Assembly: GCA_000934665.2 (NCBI GenBank)
Contig: JYFJ02000087.1
Span: 62,001-126,000 of the forward strand
DNA: 64,000 bases
From: Catajapyx aquilonaris
Lineage: Eukaryota
Direction: 5' to 3'
Position 1 is the first letter of the stretch, and each line of letters opens with the position of its first letter. The notes under the pieces are model-generated. The model was not told where the DNA came from. It made no database searches and was given only the letters and a program-made list of their open reading frames with translations. The position numbers and the translations under genes were made by a program. Shown here in pieces: positions 14,522-31,045 of this stretch.

Positions 14522-17500
14522 CCGGGCTGTAGTCCTTGAATAGTACTTTCGGATAGCCACGTCAGTTACCGGTTAAGGAAATTACAAAGACATCTGTGAA
14601 AAGGGGAAACAACTGACAACGTAAGACTCATACCTTGAAATCGTTTCAAATGACTGATCGTTCTGCATTTCAACTCTACATCAGTAAAGTTCTCTGAGAA
14701 CAGTCCCCAGCAGTATGTTGCACACTTTCCCACATTTCTCATTGCAGGTGTTTTATTACGTCTCCATGTAGGTCTCTAGTAACAGCCGCCTACCTCAAGG
14801 CAACTATAAACAGGCCATAACTTTTGCATGTTAAGGTATTACTTGCACCTGGACGCTAATAAACAGTTTGAGCCACTCTTTACTGACTTCAGGTAATCCT
14901 GCTGAATCCATAAATATGAAACACGGGGATTCCTTGAGGGATTTTTCGTGTAATCCAGCAGCGAAAATCCTCCCTGCTTTCACCTTCGCCGGCTTGCATT
15001 GTGAAACGAGCAGGTAAGAACTATGGATCGGCTCCTCATCCCACTATTAGCCCTGATATCAGTGGGGTTAGGATAACAGACAAATTTAGCAGCACAAGAA
15101 ACCACCCAAACTCACCACTCAGTAAAACCAATCTTGTCGGATTTTGCTGGTTATTAATTGCTGGTTAGATTGCCAACAATTAACAAAATGCGCAATCCGG
15201 CTGGATTTGACAAGAGTTCGGTGCTCTCCGCCTTAAGTAATTAAAATATTTTATTACATTCCTGTTTGCTCAGCAAATACAACGCAAAAATATTGCCGAT
15301 TTCCCCTGGCATCAAACCTGTTTTCCACGCAGCGGAAAGATCGTACGGAATTTACCCACTGCCTAGTTTAATCCATCGTAAACGCATCAACCCGTAACGT
15401 TTTCTTAAACGGTCATCAGTTATGGCAAATATGTCAAATAAACCAACACATCTGATCAAAATCAACTGAACACTTTAATAAGCTGTGAATGACCCTTTAC
15501 ATTAGCTGTGGCATCCAGATGCATCTAACCAAACTCATTTATCGTCCCTCTTCTGCCCTTGAGCCAAACTTTCATAATGCCATCAAGCCCGAATCAGTCG
15601 CTTCATCGTCCCTAGACCGCAAGAGCAGACTGAAAATGGCCCTTTGGCCCCCCATCAGAAAAGCGAGAAGTTACCGTGATGATGCAGTGTCAACGTTCGA
15701 GCCTGGCATGATGCATGCCTTCACGGAATGAGGAAGAAAACCTCCTCCCAACATCAACCAAGACACACATCCGGCCGCCCCCGAAAATAAAAAAAACCAC
15801 TCCCAATATCCCGTTGCTTTCTTGATAGGAGACGTCGCCTATTCACGCCGGAGATAGCGCACAGGGTGAAAGGCTTTCGTATAATTAGGTACCTGATCTG
15901 GCCGTGTCGGTCCCTGGGGCAGACCCGGGGCTCAGCTTCCTTCTACCCATTGTGGCTCCAGCCAGGACCATGGCTCTGGCAGAAGCAGCCTTCAGGGTCA
16001 TCCGGCCCGATGTTGATGCACCAACCCTCACCTCGCACATGGTTGATGGTGGTTTGGGCTGGGCTGGATGGTCACCCACTCGCGGAACCACTCGAGTGAT
16101 GGTGCATGCACTCTCGCCTCATTCTTCCTCCAGGCATCGTTACTTACGTTTATTGGCCTAATTTGGGGCGGGATGGAAGAATGTTACCTGGTGTTAAGAC
16201 ACGCGCCGCATGTGATGGCCAGCCTTCAACAACTGGATCAATGCGAGACACCAGCAATTTGCATGCAGAATTTCAGCTGACTTTGTATCGAAATATTTAA
16301 AAAGGTGAAGCGCGAACTGGGCTGTGAAACACGTAATTTTGCCCCCATTTTTTTACGTTTCACGATGGGAAACTTACCGATGGCACAAAATGCAGATTTC
16401 TGGAATCAATACTTCAACAGGTGTGAAGAATCGCAGCGCTGTAGATTCTTCCCAAAAGTCGAATTCCTGTACCCACCATGCATAAAATTGGACCGGTTAA
16501 GTACCCATTTTTTTGTGCGTACATACGCTGTCAATAGCAGATTTTTAAAAGCCTAAACGCACTGGACCGATATCACTGCGAACAAATTCCTAATTAAAAC
16601 GCCATGTACGACCACGTCTATTAACTGGTATAGTCACGTCAAAGGGTACAGCTAAGTGCGCGCTTCACCGCTTCCTGCATAATTAATTTAAAAAAAAACC
16701 CCAAGCTCATACACCGGTACAGTTACGCCTCATGTTTAATGCAAACCACGTTTGAATAGACACATGCCCGGAACCCCCTTCTTTGAAACTTTACACTTAA
16801 TTTCAGCACAATGCTCTCAAGTACTGCACTCCCGCACCTTGTGTCAAAAGACAGGTCACCGTGTACATATACACACACCGATGGGTGCCCAGAGCCAGTC
16901 TCCGTCAGCCAGCCCGCCCACACTTGAAGTGAGCGGCCTGCAAACAAGCAGCCCTTTGCAATGCACGAGTTCGATGCACCTGCGCCGATCTCCACTCCCA
17001 GACACATCTACCGGCAAAGCCCACACTTACTCTAAAGCCAAAAGGGCCTTGGAAACCACCGCTTCATTAGCTCAATCGTATGTCGGAGGGGGATGGGGGA
17101 TTTTTTAGCCGCATTTTTCGCCAGGTAAACATAAATATAGGTCCGGAGGTATGGCAATTTTGATCGCGTTCCGGGAGTGTTTATGCTGGGATTTTGGAGC
17201 GTATGGTGGGTGATGCGTGGTTATATTTTAAATGAGGGGGTTTATTATTGCAGGGTACGATGGCTGGTAGAAGTGACATGGGGCCATCTGCAAATGTTTG
17301 GATACAAAATGGGGGTCGTTATAGTTTAAAAACTTGGAGAGCAATACGCAATGCAATTGTTTTTCAAATGTACTGCTGTAATTATTTCAGGCTTTTGTGA
17401 GCCTTTTAGTACAATGATGGCACTAAAATGAAGTTCGTGGTTCAAGAGAGGGGTAGGCGTATCAGTTACGGATCGTTTACCACAATAATCAGTTTAAAGA

Positions 17501-20500
17501 GAACCCAACAGTAACTTGTTAAAATCAGTCAGAGGCACATTCACCCCATGATTGTTACTTTGCTTTAAATTAGTTGCTGGAGTGAACGATACATTTGTCA
17601 TGTGTCAAATATTACTCTCAATAAATCGGTTTATCATACACATTACGTCATTGCAGGTTTTTTATTGACATATTTTAAAAATTAATAAATATGTGGGCAG
17701 CTTAGGCAGTGTGCCGTCGCCACATAGTCCCTTTTGAGGTCTGCCAACTGCTGTCCTTGATCTGGTAAGCAATGTGTTTCATATGACCCCACATTTGGGG
17801 TTAAGTCTGCTGGCGACCTGAGAGACCCTGAGAAGACAGCGCAATTGTCTCAACTCTGCATGTTGATCTATTTCCCCAGGCAACTCATTATTCATATGAT
17901 GCCTGACCATGAGACTAGACTGGGCAGTACCATCTTGTTGTAAGATAGTGCCAACTGGTAATTTCCGAAGACCGTAATTCTCCAGAATGTCCAGGTTTCA
18001 GTTCAGCGCCAAAACCCTGCATTACGCCAACACTTCAGCATTAGCAATACCATCGACTCATAAAGAGAGTCCAAAAAAATTAAACACAGAATCCATAGCG
18101 TGTCTACATGTATTTGTTCAGACTTCTCTCAACTACACTGCAACTTCAGGAAACCTAATTTAACCGTGCTGCTATCAATCGCTTTTGACAAACTCCAAGA
18201 GCGGTCTTTTCAGTGAAACCTTTCACATCCTATAATGCGGGTTACTGCGATCCGGCGACCTATAGTGGCATAACAGAAGCAGTTTTAGCCCATTTTTCCA
18301 CAGCCTTTACGGTCTGTCAGAACATTATTGAACTACCCGGTAACTAAAGCGGAACTCAAAAAATAAAGAGGTTGGTAATGTGACACTCGACTTCTCTATA
18401 AGAGAGGAATCTCAACTGACCTTTAAAAAACAAGAAAAGGCTCGGGTTCAAAACCTCTAAGCGTGAAAATACTACTATAGGATTATGTAATTAGTTATTT
18501 CCAAACGTAAAATTAAAAATCATTTAAAATTGCATAATTAAAAAATTACACGTTGTGGCGATAGCCTTTCGAGTACCTAAATTACGGATGAGAACAGATT
18601 ATATTTAGAACTGATCAAGAGTGACGGTTCAATTAGTATGAAATGTTGGGCGTCCTACTTTTGAGGCTGGGACCCAATAATGGTCCGCGGTAATATTTCC
18701 AGTTACATCAGATTATCGTCCTCTGACAAGAATGATTCCAAAAAAATGGTCACAAAATAAGGATGTCATGGCCATGCATTTTAACACAATTCCATCGCGG
18801 GTGTTGCAAAACCAAATGCGCCAAATGACTACAACGGACCTTCTAATGGGCGACACTGGCAATTAGCACCCGGGCAACATGTAATAGTACAGCACGGCCT
18901 ATAGGCCTACTGAAATCCGAGCCCCTGCGGAAATCAAGCCTGCTGCCCACGTTCGCTTCTAAAATTTTCAACATTCATCTGCAACTGATTTTAAATAGCC
19001 CGTGCAAAAAGTACTCGTGGAAACAACTACTGTTACTAATAATTAATATCTGTTTTCCCGTACATGGCAGTTAATTCGAAAAAGTCAGTATGTGTAGGAG
19101 AATATGACAGTGGGTTAATTGTATTTCCTGCACAATTTTGGAATATCAAAGCCAGCCTACAGTGGAGTATTTTGTTTGCCCGAGCTATTAAAGCAGATTA
19201 CAGTACATGCAGAATTTATCGACAACACTTTGAAACACATATTGCTGCCAAGCATTTTTACCTCGATTTTTACACACCAGCCATGTTCACAGTATCTGGC
19301 TAAATGTGCGGTCTGCTGGTTTGTTCAATCCCATACTGGATATTACTCCCCTAAGGTGCAATATTATTGTGTGGAAAATTGTACGACGCGACGTCCAAAT
19401 TAATTAAGATAATAATTTGTGTAACTTATATATAATGATGATGATAATAAAAGCAAGCCGAGGTATCCGATTTGAAAAAATGACAATCAAAGTGCTTGAT
19501 GATGCTTTTTGATATTCTTTCTGTCCTGAAGTTAGGATTCTGCAAAGGGAAGTCCTCATTAATGTTCCAAGTTTCACAAAATATTTTTACTGTATGGAAA
19601 AAAACCGGACTATCTGCATCTATATATGAGACAATCACGAAACAACGCAAATGTTATAAGCACAAGAGTAAAGTCGACTTCTTTTTCGCGCTCGCAGGTA
19701 ACATGAACAAGTGAGTGCCATAGAAAAGACAATCATGAGGATTCATATGAGGCTACTGATTAATCCTAATTTTTTAAAAATTTGAGACCCATTTCATACT
19801 TGTTTCTTGTAGTAACGGTAACTTTGTTTTACGAAGAGGAACGAGGTAGCGGAAGAGTGAAATAAACCTCGGGTCTCCTCCTTTTGCCCATGTTGTTGTT
19901 TGTGCACCCGAACTACTGTATGCGCTGTACAGTACATTATAATTCATGTAACGACTTGGGGCACGGAGGGAAAAAGTGCTTATATTTTCCAGCCTCGGGG
20001 AAAAAATGCAAAATTGATGCAAAATGTGCACATAGCAGATGAGAATCTCAAATCTGCAGGAATATCGTACGTCGTATTTTTTCTCCTAAAAACATTTAAA
20101 AAAATGGAAACCTTTCCTGTCTCTAAAGTCGTAACATGAATTACAGGGAATCGCAGTTAAGTCACTTAACTAAATTCTAGTCAGTAACCAAGGTATGTTG
20201 GGTCGACCCGGACCTGTTGCATTTACCACGTAGAACTCAATATTCCCACCTAGTGGTTGCCCACTCGTGTAATGAGCAGGTGTACCCTTTGCCGTGTAAT
20301 TCACCTAATCGCTGTAGTACAGGTGCCAACGATTCCTTATAGTAAATGACTGCGCGTAATGAGGTCACCGGTTCAAATCAATATGTATCGTAACTCTAAT
20401 ATTTTCGCATTAGTTTTAATGACAGTGTCACATGTGAAATATCACAATGGTTTTTTTTTGTGTGTGTGTGTGTTGAAAATGTGTAATTTTTAGAATGACA

Positions 20501-23500
20501 TTACTGTCGTCTTCCACGATCCAACAAAGCCCCTGAATACAGCACGGACGCACCTTCCACGGAATTATGTCAAATAATGGCAACTCTTGGAGCATGCAAT
20601 AAAACCAAACCCGGAGATGAATAGCGGAAAGAGTCCGCTGAATCAACGTTAGATGGTGTTTCCGTTCTTTCAGTTGGCCAAACTGCTGGAACATCGCCCA
20701 TATCCTACTAACCAAGTAGGCAGAAAGAGAAGAAGCTAGTGGCGGGACCCATGCCAGACCGCATTTTCCGAAAGGTGAATTGAGCCTCATTACTCCCATG
20801 CAAATGGGGTGCAAAAAAAATTTATTTATCGGTGGTTACGCTGTCGCTCAAAACACTCATTAAGCTTATCTACGCGTGACTTAATAAAATGGCAGCTGCA
20901 ATGTACGCAGTTCAAAAAAGCCATAGCAAAGCTCTATCACGTCCATTATCGAAATGTTACGTGATTTCACGGTCAAATTGATATCCTCGCTTATTTTTTA
21001 AAATATTTTTTTGAGCGCCGAAAAATGTTCATGCCAAGAGAAGGAGTGATTATCTGCCAATCTGCTGCAGGCATGAGGAAAGAAAATTTCACCAGAGGGG
21101 GTAGGTTGGAAAGGGGGGTTCCCAGCAGGGGGGTGGAGAGGGCGGAAGGAGGGGGTGGAGGGAGGGAGGGAAGGGGGGAGAGTTATATATGCGTCCGCCT
21201 CCGCTCCAGCCGTCGCCATATTTGTGCCTACAGATGAAAATAGCCGCCCGCAGACTTTGCTTTCTTCTTTATAAGGATCCTGGTTGCCGGATGAAATGGA
21301 GGATCTGTATGCGCTCAAAATATTTCCATAGTTCTCTCAGCCTCCCAGTAATTCACAGTCCATCGACACTTCGGTGGTATTCATGGGCGTGCACATGGTG
21401 GGGCTTGAATTTTTATGGGAGGAGAGCTTTTCGTGGATGCTGCGAAGGGTCTCCGCGTTCATCTAATGGATTTTAAATATTGTTAAAGCCAGATTTGAAT
21501 TTTACTACCTGATGAATAATTAAATAATAACGGGTTTGAACTGTTACAGTTCAACTCCTGAAGGGTAGACTGATTAGGAAGCAATACCTAGATTTTAGTG
21601 AGCACAGTTATTTATCATACAAGTGCGAAGTGTTCTAACAAGCGGTATTGTTGTCGCATACATAATTATGCCCAGGTCGTCTCTAGTTCCATTGAGGGTA
21701 TATTAAGCTGTATGTTGTCTAGACCAGCAACATGTTTGAAGCGGAGCAACAACAGGAAATAAGAATGGCTCTATAATTGCTTCTTCCAACGAGTTACATT
21801 TCTGTTTGTTTCTGTAAACAAGCCATGACTTATTTACGTGTGAACTGTGACCTTTTTCAGTGGCCCACCCTGTATAGTACTGTACTGAGTAACACATGCA
21901 TACAAAAATAATCACCAAAATATAGGATTTTACTGCATGTGCTTCTCGTACCTAGATGACATTACTTGAACTTATGTCTTGTTAGTTGCGCTGAACCTAT
22001 TATTGTACACTGGCTCCACAATTCCTGAAATGACTTACATAACACCTGTGGCTCATACTGGTTGTATTTACTCTTGTCATTTTAATCTTACACGCCCTAC
22101 AAATGATGGGGAAATACTGTTACATCGACTCACACTTCCTAAGAATCGCATGAACTTGTATCTAAAGCAACCTGACCCTTCGCAAATTCCCCGCAAGATT
22201 TATTGCTCTTCCTGGTTTTTTCCAGGGCGATTATACCGATAACACTATTGACATTGAAAGGCCCTCGGCTCGTATAATTCAGTCTCGCAATCACAACACG
22301 CGTAACAACTCAATCAATGTGCAACCAACCAAGAATACAAAACGAAGGGCATAACATATTTTCAATCAAGATGTAAATGCCGGGAGCGCCATCAATCATC
22401 CACCAAGCGAATATTTTCTAGATTGCCCTTACAAGCATTTACAAATATTGCGTTTAATATTTAAACCCACCAGTGCAATATTGTCAGAAAGAGCTTACAA
22501 TGCATAGGCCTCGAATGAACTAGTACGCCCTCAAATATTTATTATTTAAGTTAAATAGCATAAATAGAGTTGACCACTTATGACGAATGACTGAAGCAAA
22601 TGCGGTCTATGTGTCACGTTCCCCAACACGTCACAGTCGGTTACGGCGATCTTGACCTCCCTCATCCCTCTGCCAGCGTGACGTCCTTTACGGATGGAAC
22701 GCAACGCTTTTATGCGCTCGAATCCTCATAAGGTATTACCGGTAATAACGTTCAAACTTGTGTTTTACAGGCCCATTCATTTCTGCTTCAACAATTGCTT
22801 ATTACCCCTAATGTTTTGAGGAAGGGGAGAGGAGGCATTAGGTGTGCGAGAGATCTGATCTACAACACACTCCAAGATAAACATTGGTTCCGTCCCTGAC
22901 TGAAGGGTTACACGACCCATATTCAAAAGGATAGGAGGTGTATAACCTGGAAACATCCAAACAATTCGGATACAATAGAAGTTCTCTAGTTACCTGCCAC
23001 GTCCAATATGAAAAATTAGACAAGTTTCTTCTGTCTGAGTACGGCTTGTATCCAAATATCTGGCGTAACCTGCGTCCTTGCATTTTTTTAAACACGAAAA
23101 TACTACCACGTGTACAGGAATGTTTGGAGATCTAGTCTGAAGGTAGGCCTATGCTTATTGCATATCTGGACTTTCCTTACGTACTGCTACATAATTCAGG
23201 TGCGATTATATGAAACGCACGACAAGGTGACAACACCAGACGACATACATTAAAATATTCAAGTCTTTCAGCAGAACACTGGCTCTCACAAAGCCGCACA
23301 GCTGAGTCCCCGCAGCCCTGTGCTTTTAAAGTAATTTGACTTAAAATTAGCCCGCTGATGTACACAAAAGGAACCCCCCACCATTGGAGTACGTAATAGG
23401 TGTAATAATCTCTTCTGAGGAATGTGATGCTGCGAGTAGGTGCACCATGTGCAGGTGGGTGGGGATAGCGGTTACAGGAGTCGGGTCAGACCCAATTGGG

Positions 23501-23676
23501 AGCTGCCACCTTCCTCTCTCTTTTTCCTTCTCTCCCTTTTTCTCTCTCGTGCTATATCTCGGCCACAGAGTCTATTTTCCCGGTGGCTGAAAATAAACGC
23601 ACGCCCGCCGCCCCAACTGAACAGGTATGGGCCTAGCGGAGAGGTCACGTGAGTCCGGAGGGGCCGCCCCGGGACT

Positions 23677-23686
23677 CCTTAAATGG
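23677..23686. promoter_or_regulatory. Perfect CArG box (SRF site) CCTTAAATGG upstream of actin
   Basis: Exact CC(A/T)6GG match in a GC-rich island with MEF2-like motifs at ~23571-23596, about 3.2 kb upstream of the muscle actin ATG. Confidence 0.5.
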
Positions 23687-26334
23687 CGCGCCCACACGCC
23701 AACGCTCGCTCATCTCTCTCTCACACTCACACACACTCGCAACCCTCACACACTCACAGACAATCCAAATCGTCCCCAAAATGCTCCCAGGACCATTTTG
23801 CTGATCAATCATGTATCTTAAAGTCGACCGAAATATGACACCACCGCTTTGCACGCCTCTACCGGCCTATTACAGAACTACAAAAAAATCAGGCGGGAGA
23901 TTCGAACATTTGTGAACGAGATCAATGCACCGTTAGTGAATTCGCTTGTCATCGAGGCTGCCAGCGGCTACAAGTTTGGCAACAACTGCGATCGTTTCGA
24001 AGAGGACCCAATTTCCTGGCAAAGGCCCGGTTAAGTCAGGGGAGGAACAAAAGGGGATTTTGGTCCTATCTTGCCAAAGGCATTCTTGGCTTGGACTGTT
24101 CTAATTCGCTACCTCAAGCACGTACCAGTTTTGAGCAAATTTCCAGGATTGGGCCAATAAATCATGCCGTGTCGCATTAATATCTGGAAGGGTGGGAAGG
24201 GAGACGTAATTGAGCCAATCTGTTGGCTTACCTAGATATTGCGATGCATGTAGAGCAGAAAAACACTTTTCTGCTCTACATGCATCGCGCGTCAAATTAC
24301 CAAGAGCAAGTTCAGCCAGTTCGTAGTCCTCTAAGGCGCGTCTTCACACACTCGGTTGTTTTAAAAATACATCGCCGACCCATCTTCTCAGCAGCGACTT
24401 TGGGGGCAAGGTCTCCACTCTTGTTTGTTAAAAAAATATATATTTGTGGGTGGTGCATTTCGTTTCCGATCGGTCCCATACCCAAAACAACACCAGGCCA
24501 TCAATTAGTGTTTTTGTTAAAGACACAACCTATTTGTATCCTGCAACATAAGCAACCAACCGCGCAAAAAGTGGCATCACAGGTTGTGTGCAACTTAGGA
24601 GCAACCCATTCTAAATTTTTTACAGCTACATTTTCATAATAATAACAATGGTGATCTTATTACTTTTATAATGAGAGGTGTAAGGTCAAAGTCGCAGAAG
24701 TTGGCATGTCTCGTCGCCATATGGTTTATTGGTCCATTGCTCCAAATTTATTGCTCCGTATGTTGCAGAATATGGGAAACTTAAATTAAAACTGGTGGTG
24801 GAATCAGCAGGTGTGGCTGTGTATAAGGTGGCCTACATACTCCTGGCTGATTATAGCGAAAGGTCTCTCGGATAACTGGATGTCGGAATATCCAAAAGTG
24901 TATAGGTTGAACACAGCAGGCCCCCTTCGAATCCAAATAAATTCCCCACGTGTTCTTACAACTGTCTTTTCGTCTAATTTTAGTGCGTGAAATTATACTT
25001 CCTCCGTTATTACAAAGCCACTGTTGCCACAAAAGGACAGCCTGCGAATGTTCACTTGTTTCAACATATATTTTCATTGTACTGAATCGGCTTATTATTG
25101 TAACATATTGTGTGGGCGTAATGTACACGTTTTGGTAATCATCGCATTGCTGATAATAATATGACCATTTTTAGAGCGTGACACATAAATGTGCTTGAGC
25201 TAGAGTACGAAAAACATTATTTGGCAACTGAACAATGACGTGTCGCGGAAATGGGTATGCCAAAAACGTGCGAACACCATTACAGGCGCATCTGAACGTT
25301 TCCCTTTACCAGCAGCTATTTTGTAACAAAGTACAATTAATGCTATGATCCGATTTTCATGCAAATACGCACAATAAAATGTGATTGCAGAGTGTCATTA
25401 TGTATGCCACGTTTGAAACCACTGAATTATTGGTCCAATAACGCACAATCGCCACATGCAAACTAAGCAAATGAGGTAAGCTCATATGGATTATAACGAT
25501 ATTATTATACCATAGGCCTGAAACGCTGTACACGTTTAATGCGAAAACCCAAGGTGATTCCTGGTTTTTCAAATTATATGAGCTGATCGGACTCAGTTAT
25601 ACACCCTATAGTCATAACTCAAAAAATGTATTTTAATATTAATTATAAACAATTTGTTTCATGTTACACCCGCTCTTAATCGAGTCAATTACTGAAATAT
25701 TGAAGGCGTCTTGCAATAATGGGACTTTTGCCATTCATGAGTGTCTTTCATTCGATATTTCAGTCCAATCCGATCACTTTATGAATGATAGTGCACGGTT
25801 TTCACTTTTCCGAAAATCGGTCAAATTGAGTTGAACACTTCTTCTCACACATGGGATTCGAATTTTTCATTTAATTTGCAATATAATTTTACTTGATATG
25901 TAAACATAAATTTTAGCCATCATTTGATTCGTAGGTGGTGTATAGCCCGTGCTAATGAGTTGGTGACGATCAAGTGACATCAGACGATTTAAAACACACC
26001 GTTTAAGTCATCCCCCCTCTCTGAATTAGGCCTCCTGTAAATAAATTCGAAAATCCCGCAGGTCCCATCAAGTACGACGTGCATGTGGCAACCCAGACGA
26101 CATGTGTGCGTATATGTGTGTGTGCCGGTGACTTATTCCCTTGTTGCAAAAAGTTGGCTTGGGGATAACCCCCCCACACACACTAACCCGCCCCCACTCC
26201 TTGCCCCCCATCCTCCCACCCCCTACCCAGAAACCCCAAAGAAGGGCATAAGCGTCGACCAACGCCTGCGTTTCCTGGTGGCAGCGAAATAGTGCATCCT
26301 CCTCCGAGGTGGCAGCCTTAGAGAACAAGGATAC

Positions 26335-26466
26335 CCATGTAAGGAGGAGGTATTTTTGGCCCGACTCTGGGAGACCCCGGGCATATAGGCCCTGCTGGTA
26401 GACCCTCCGCTTTCACTCGATACGCGGGTACCGAGCCTGCCGGAGCTTTCGTTTGTTAAGACAAGG
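26335..26466 (+). promoter_or_regulatory. Putative actin core promoter and non-coding exon 1
   Basis: CArG-like CCATGTAAGG at 26335, MEF2-like GTATTTTTGG at 26350, TATA-like CATATAGG at 26382, Inr-like TCACTC at ~26413, donor AAGG|GTAGGC at 26467. A clear acceptor (tttctgtctccgcag, ending 26845) 23 nt before the ATG implies a 5' UTR intron. The exon 1 position is inferred. Confidence 0.5.
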
Positions 26467-26850
26467 GTAGGCATCAACCCACCTTCCAGTCCAGTAGCCG
26501 GTGACAGTGACACTCCACCCCGGTGTGACATAGTGTGACAACCCCCTCGCTTGTGCAGTTGGTCGCAGCTTTTTTTCATTCATCATAGCTTGGGAAAAGT
26601 CTACAGAAATCCCAAAAAAAAAGTGGCTTCCAACTGCACCAATCGAGGAGGAGGAGGAGGAATCAGTGGAATCTCAGAATAGGGGATATTCCCAGTGGAA
26701 TTTTGGGGATTCAGAAACTATCAAGTGGGACTGTTCAACAATCGCGGATTTGGAATTTAGTGCGGAATTCAGGATAGGAGTTAGGCTTTAGTCGAAGTGC
26801 TGTTTGGTTGGCAGGTAATCCATCAACCCTTTTCTGTCTCCGCAGACTAA

Positions 26851-30369
<3,519 letters not shown>

Positions 30370-30741
30370 ACAGCAAGCTGCCCAACAAGACGCAGCAACT
30401 TCTTCTATCCAAGCACCCGCCCACCCAGGTCATCCTTATCCTCCTCCAACTCCTACTCCAAAGCTATCATCTTGCTCTTTCTTCTACCTCCTTCCTCTTT
30501 GTTACCATACAAGCAACAGCAACAGCTACTCCCAAGGCCTAACCAACACCAGCATCCACTATATGCTCTTACACTTTATTTATTGCATTACCTGATCCAC
30601 CAAGGATGTATGCACGAGCAAAGCGACTACCATTATAGGGCGATCATTTGTATACAACAAACAAACAAGCAACCAAACAAAGGGGCCTTGGAGGGAATAC
30701 AGCAACAGCAAGACAAAGGATAAAAAAGTCATCAATGAGTA

Positions 30742-31045
30742 AATAAAGTTAAAAAGGGAAAAACACCGAATAAAAGGATTTTCACTGCAAGCCTTTTTTT
30801 CTAACAAAAACTAGCAATACCAAAGACAACATCTATCGAGCCAGCAGCAAATATCCCCCACCATTATCGAAATATCAGTGGGACGCAGAGGAAAAAAAAA
30901 ACAAGCAGCAGAGCATGACGGGTTTGTCCAGACTTTGGTCTACTAACTTTTGCTTGGAAGGCAGACGGTCAACATCCGATGAGAAAACATCCGATCAAGT
31001 TTAAATTTTATATAAATATTGTTATGTCACGTGCTTTACAATAAA
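30742..31045 (+). terminator. Actin 3' UTR polyadenylation signals (AATAAA at 30742, 30769, 31040)
   Basis: Three canonical hexamers downstream of the TAA at 30369, after a CA-rich UTR. Confidence 0.5.

Noticed and set aside
21840..21874. Tc1-like terminus (...GGCCCACCCTG-TA)
   Set aside because: No matching opposite TIR found nearby, so no element can be delimited.
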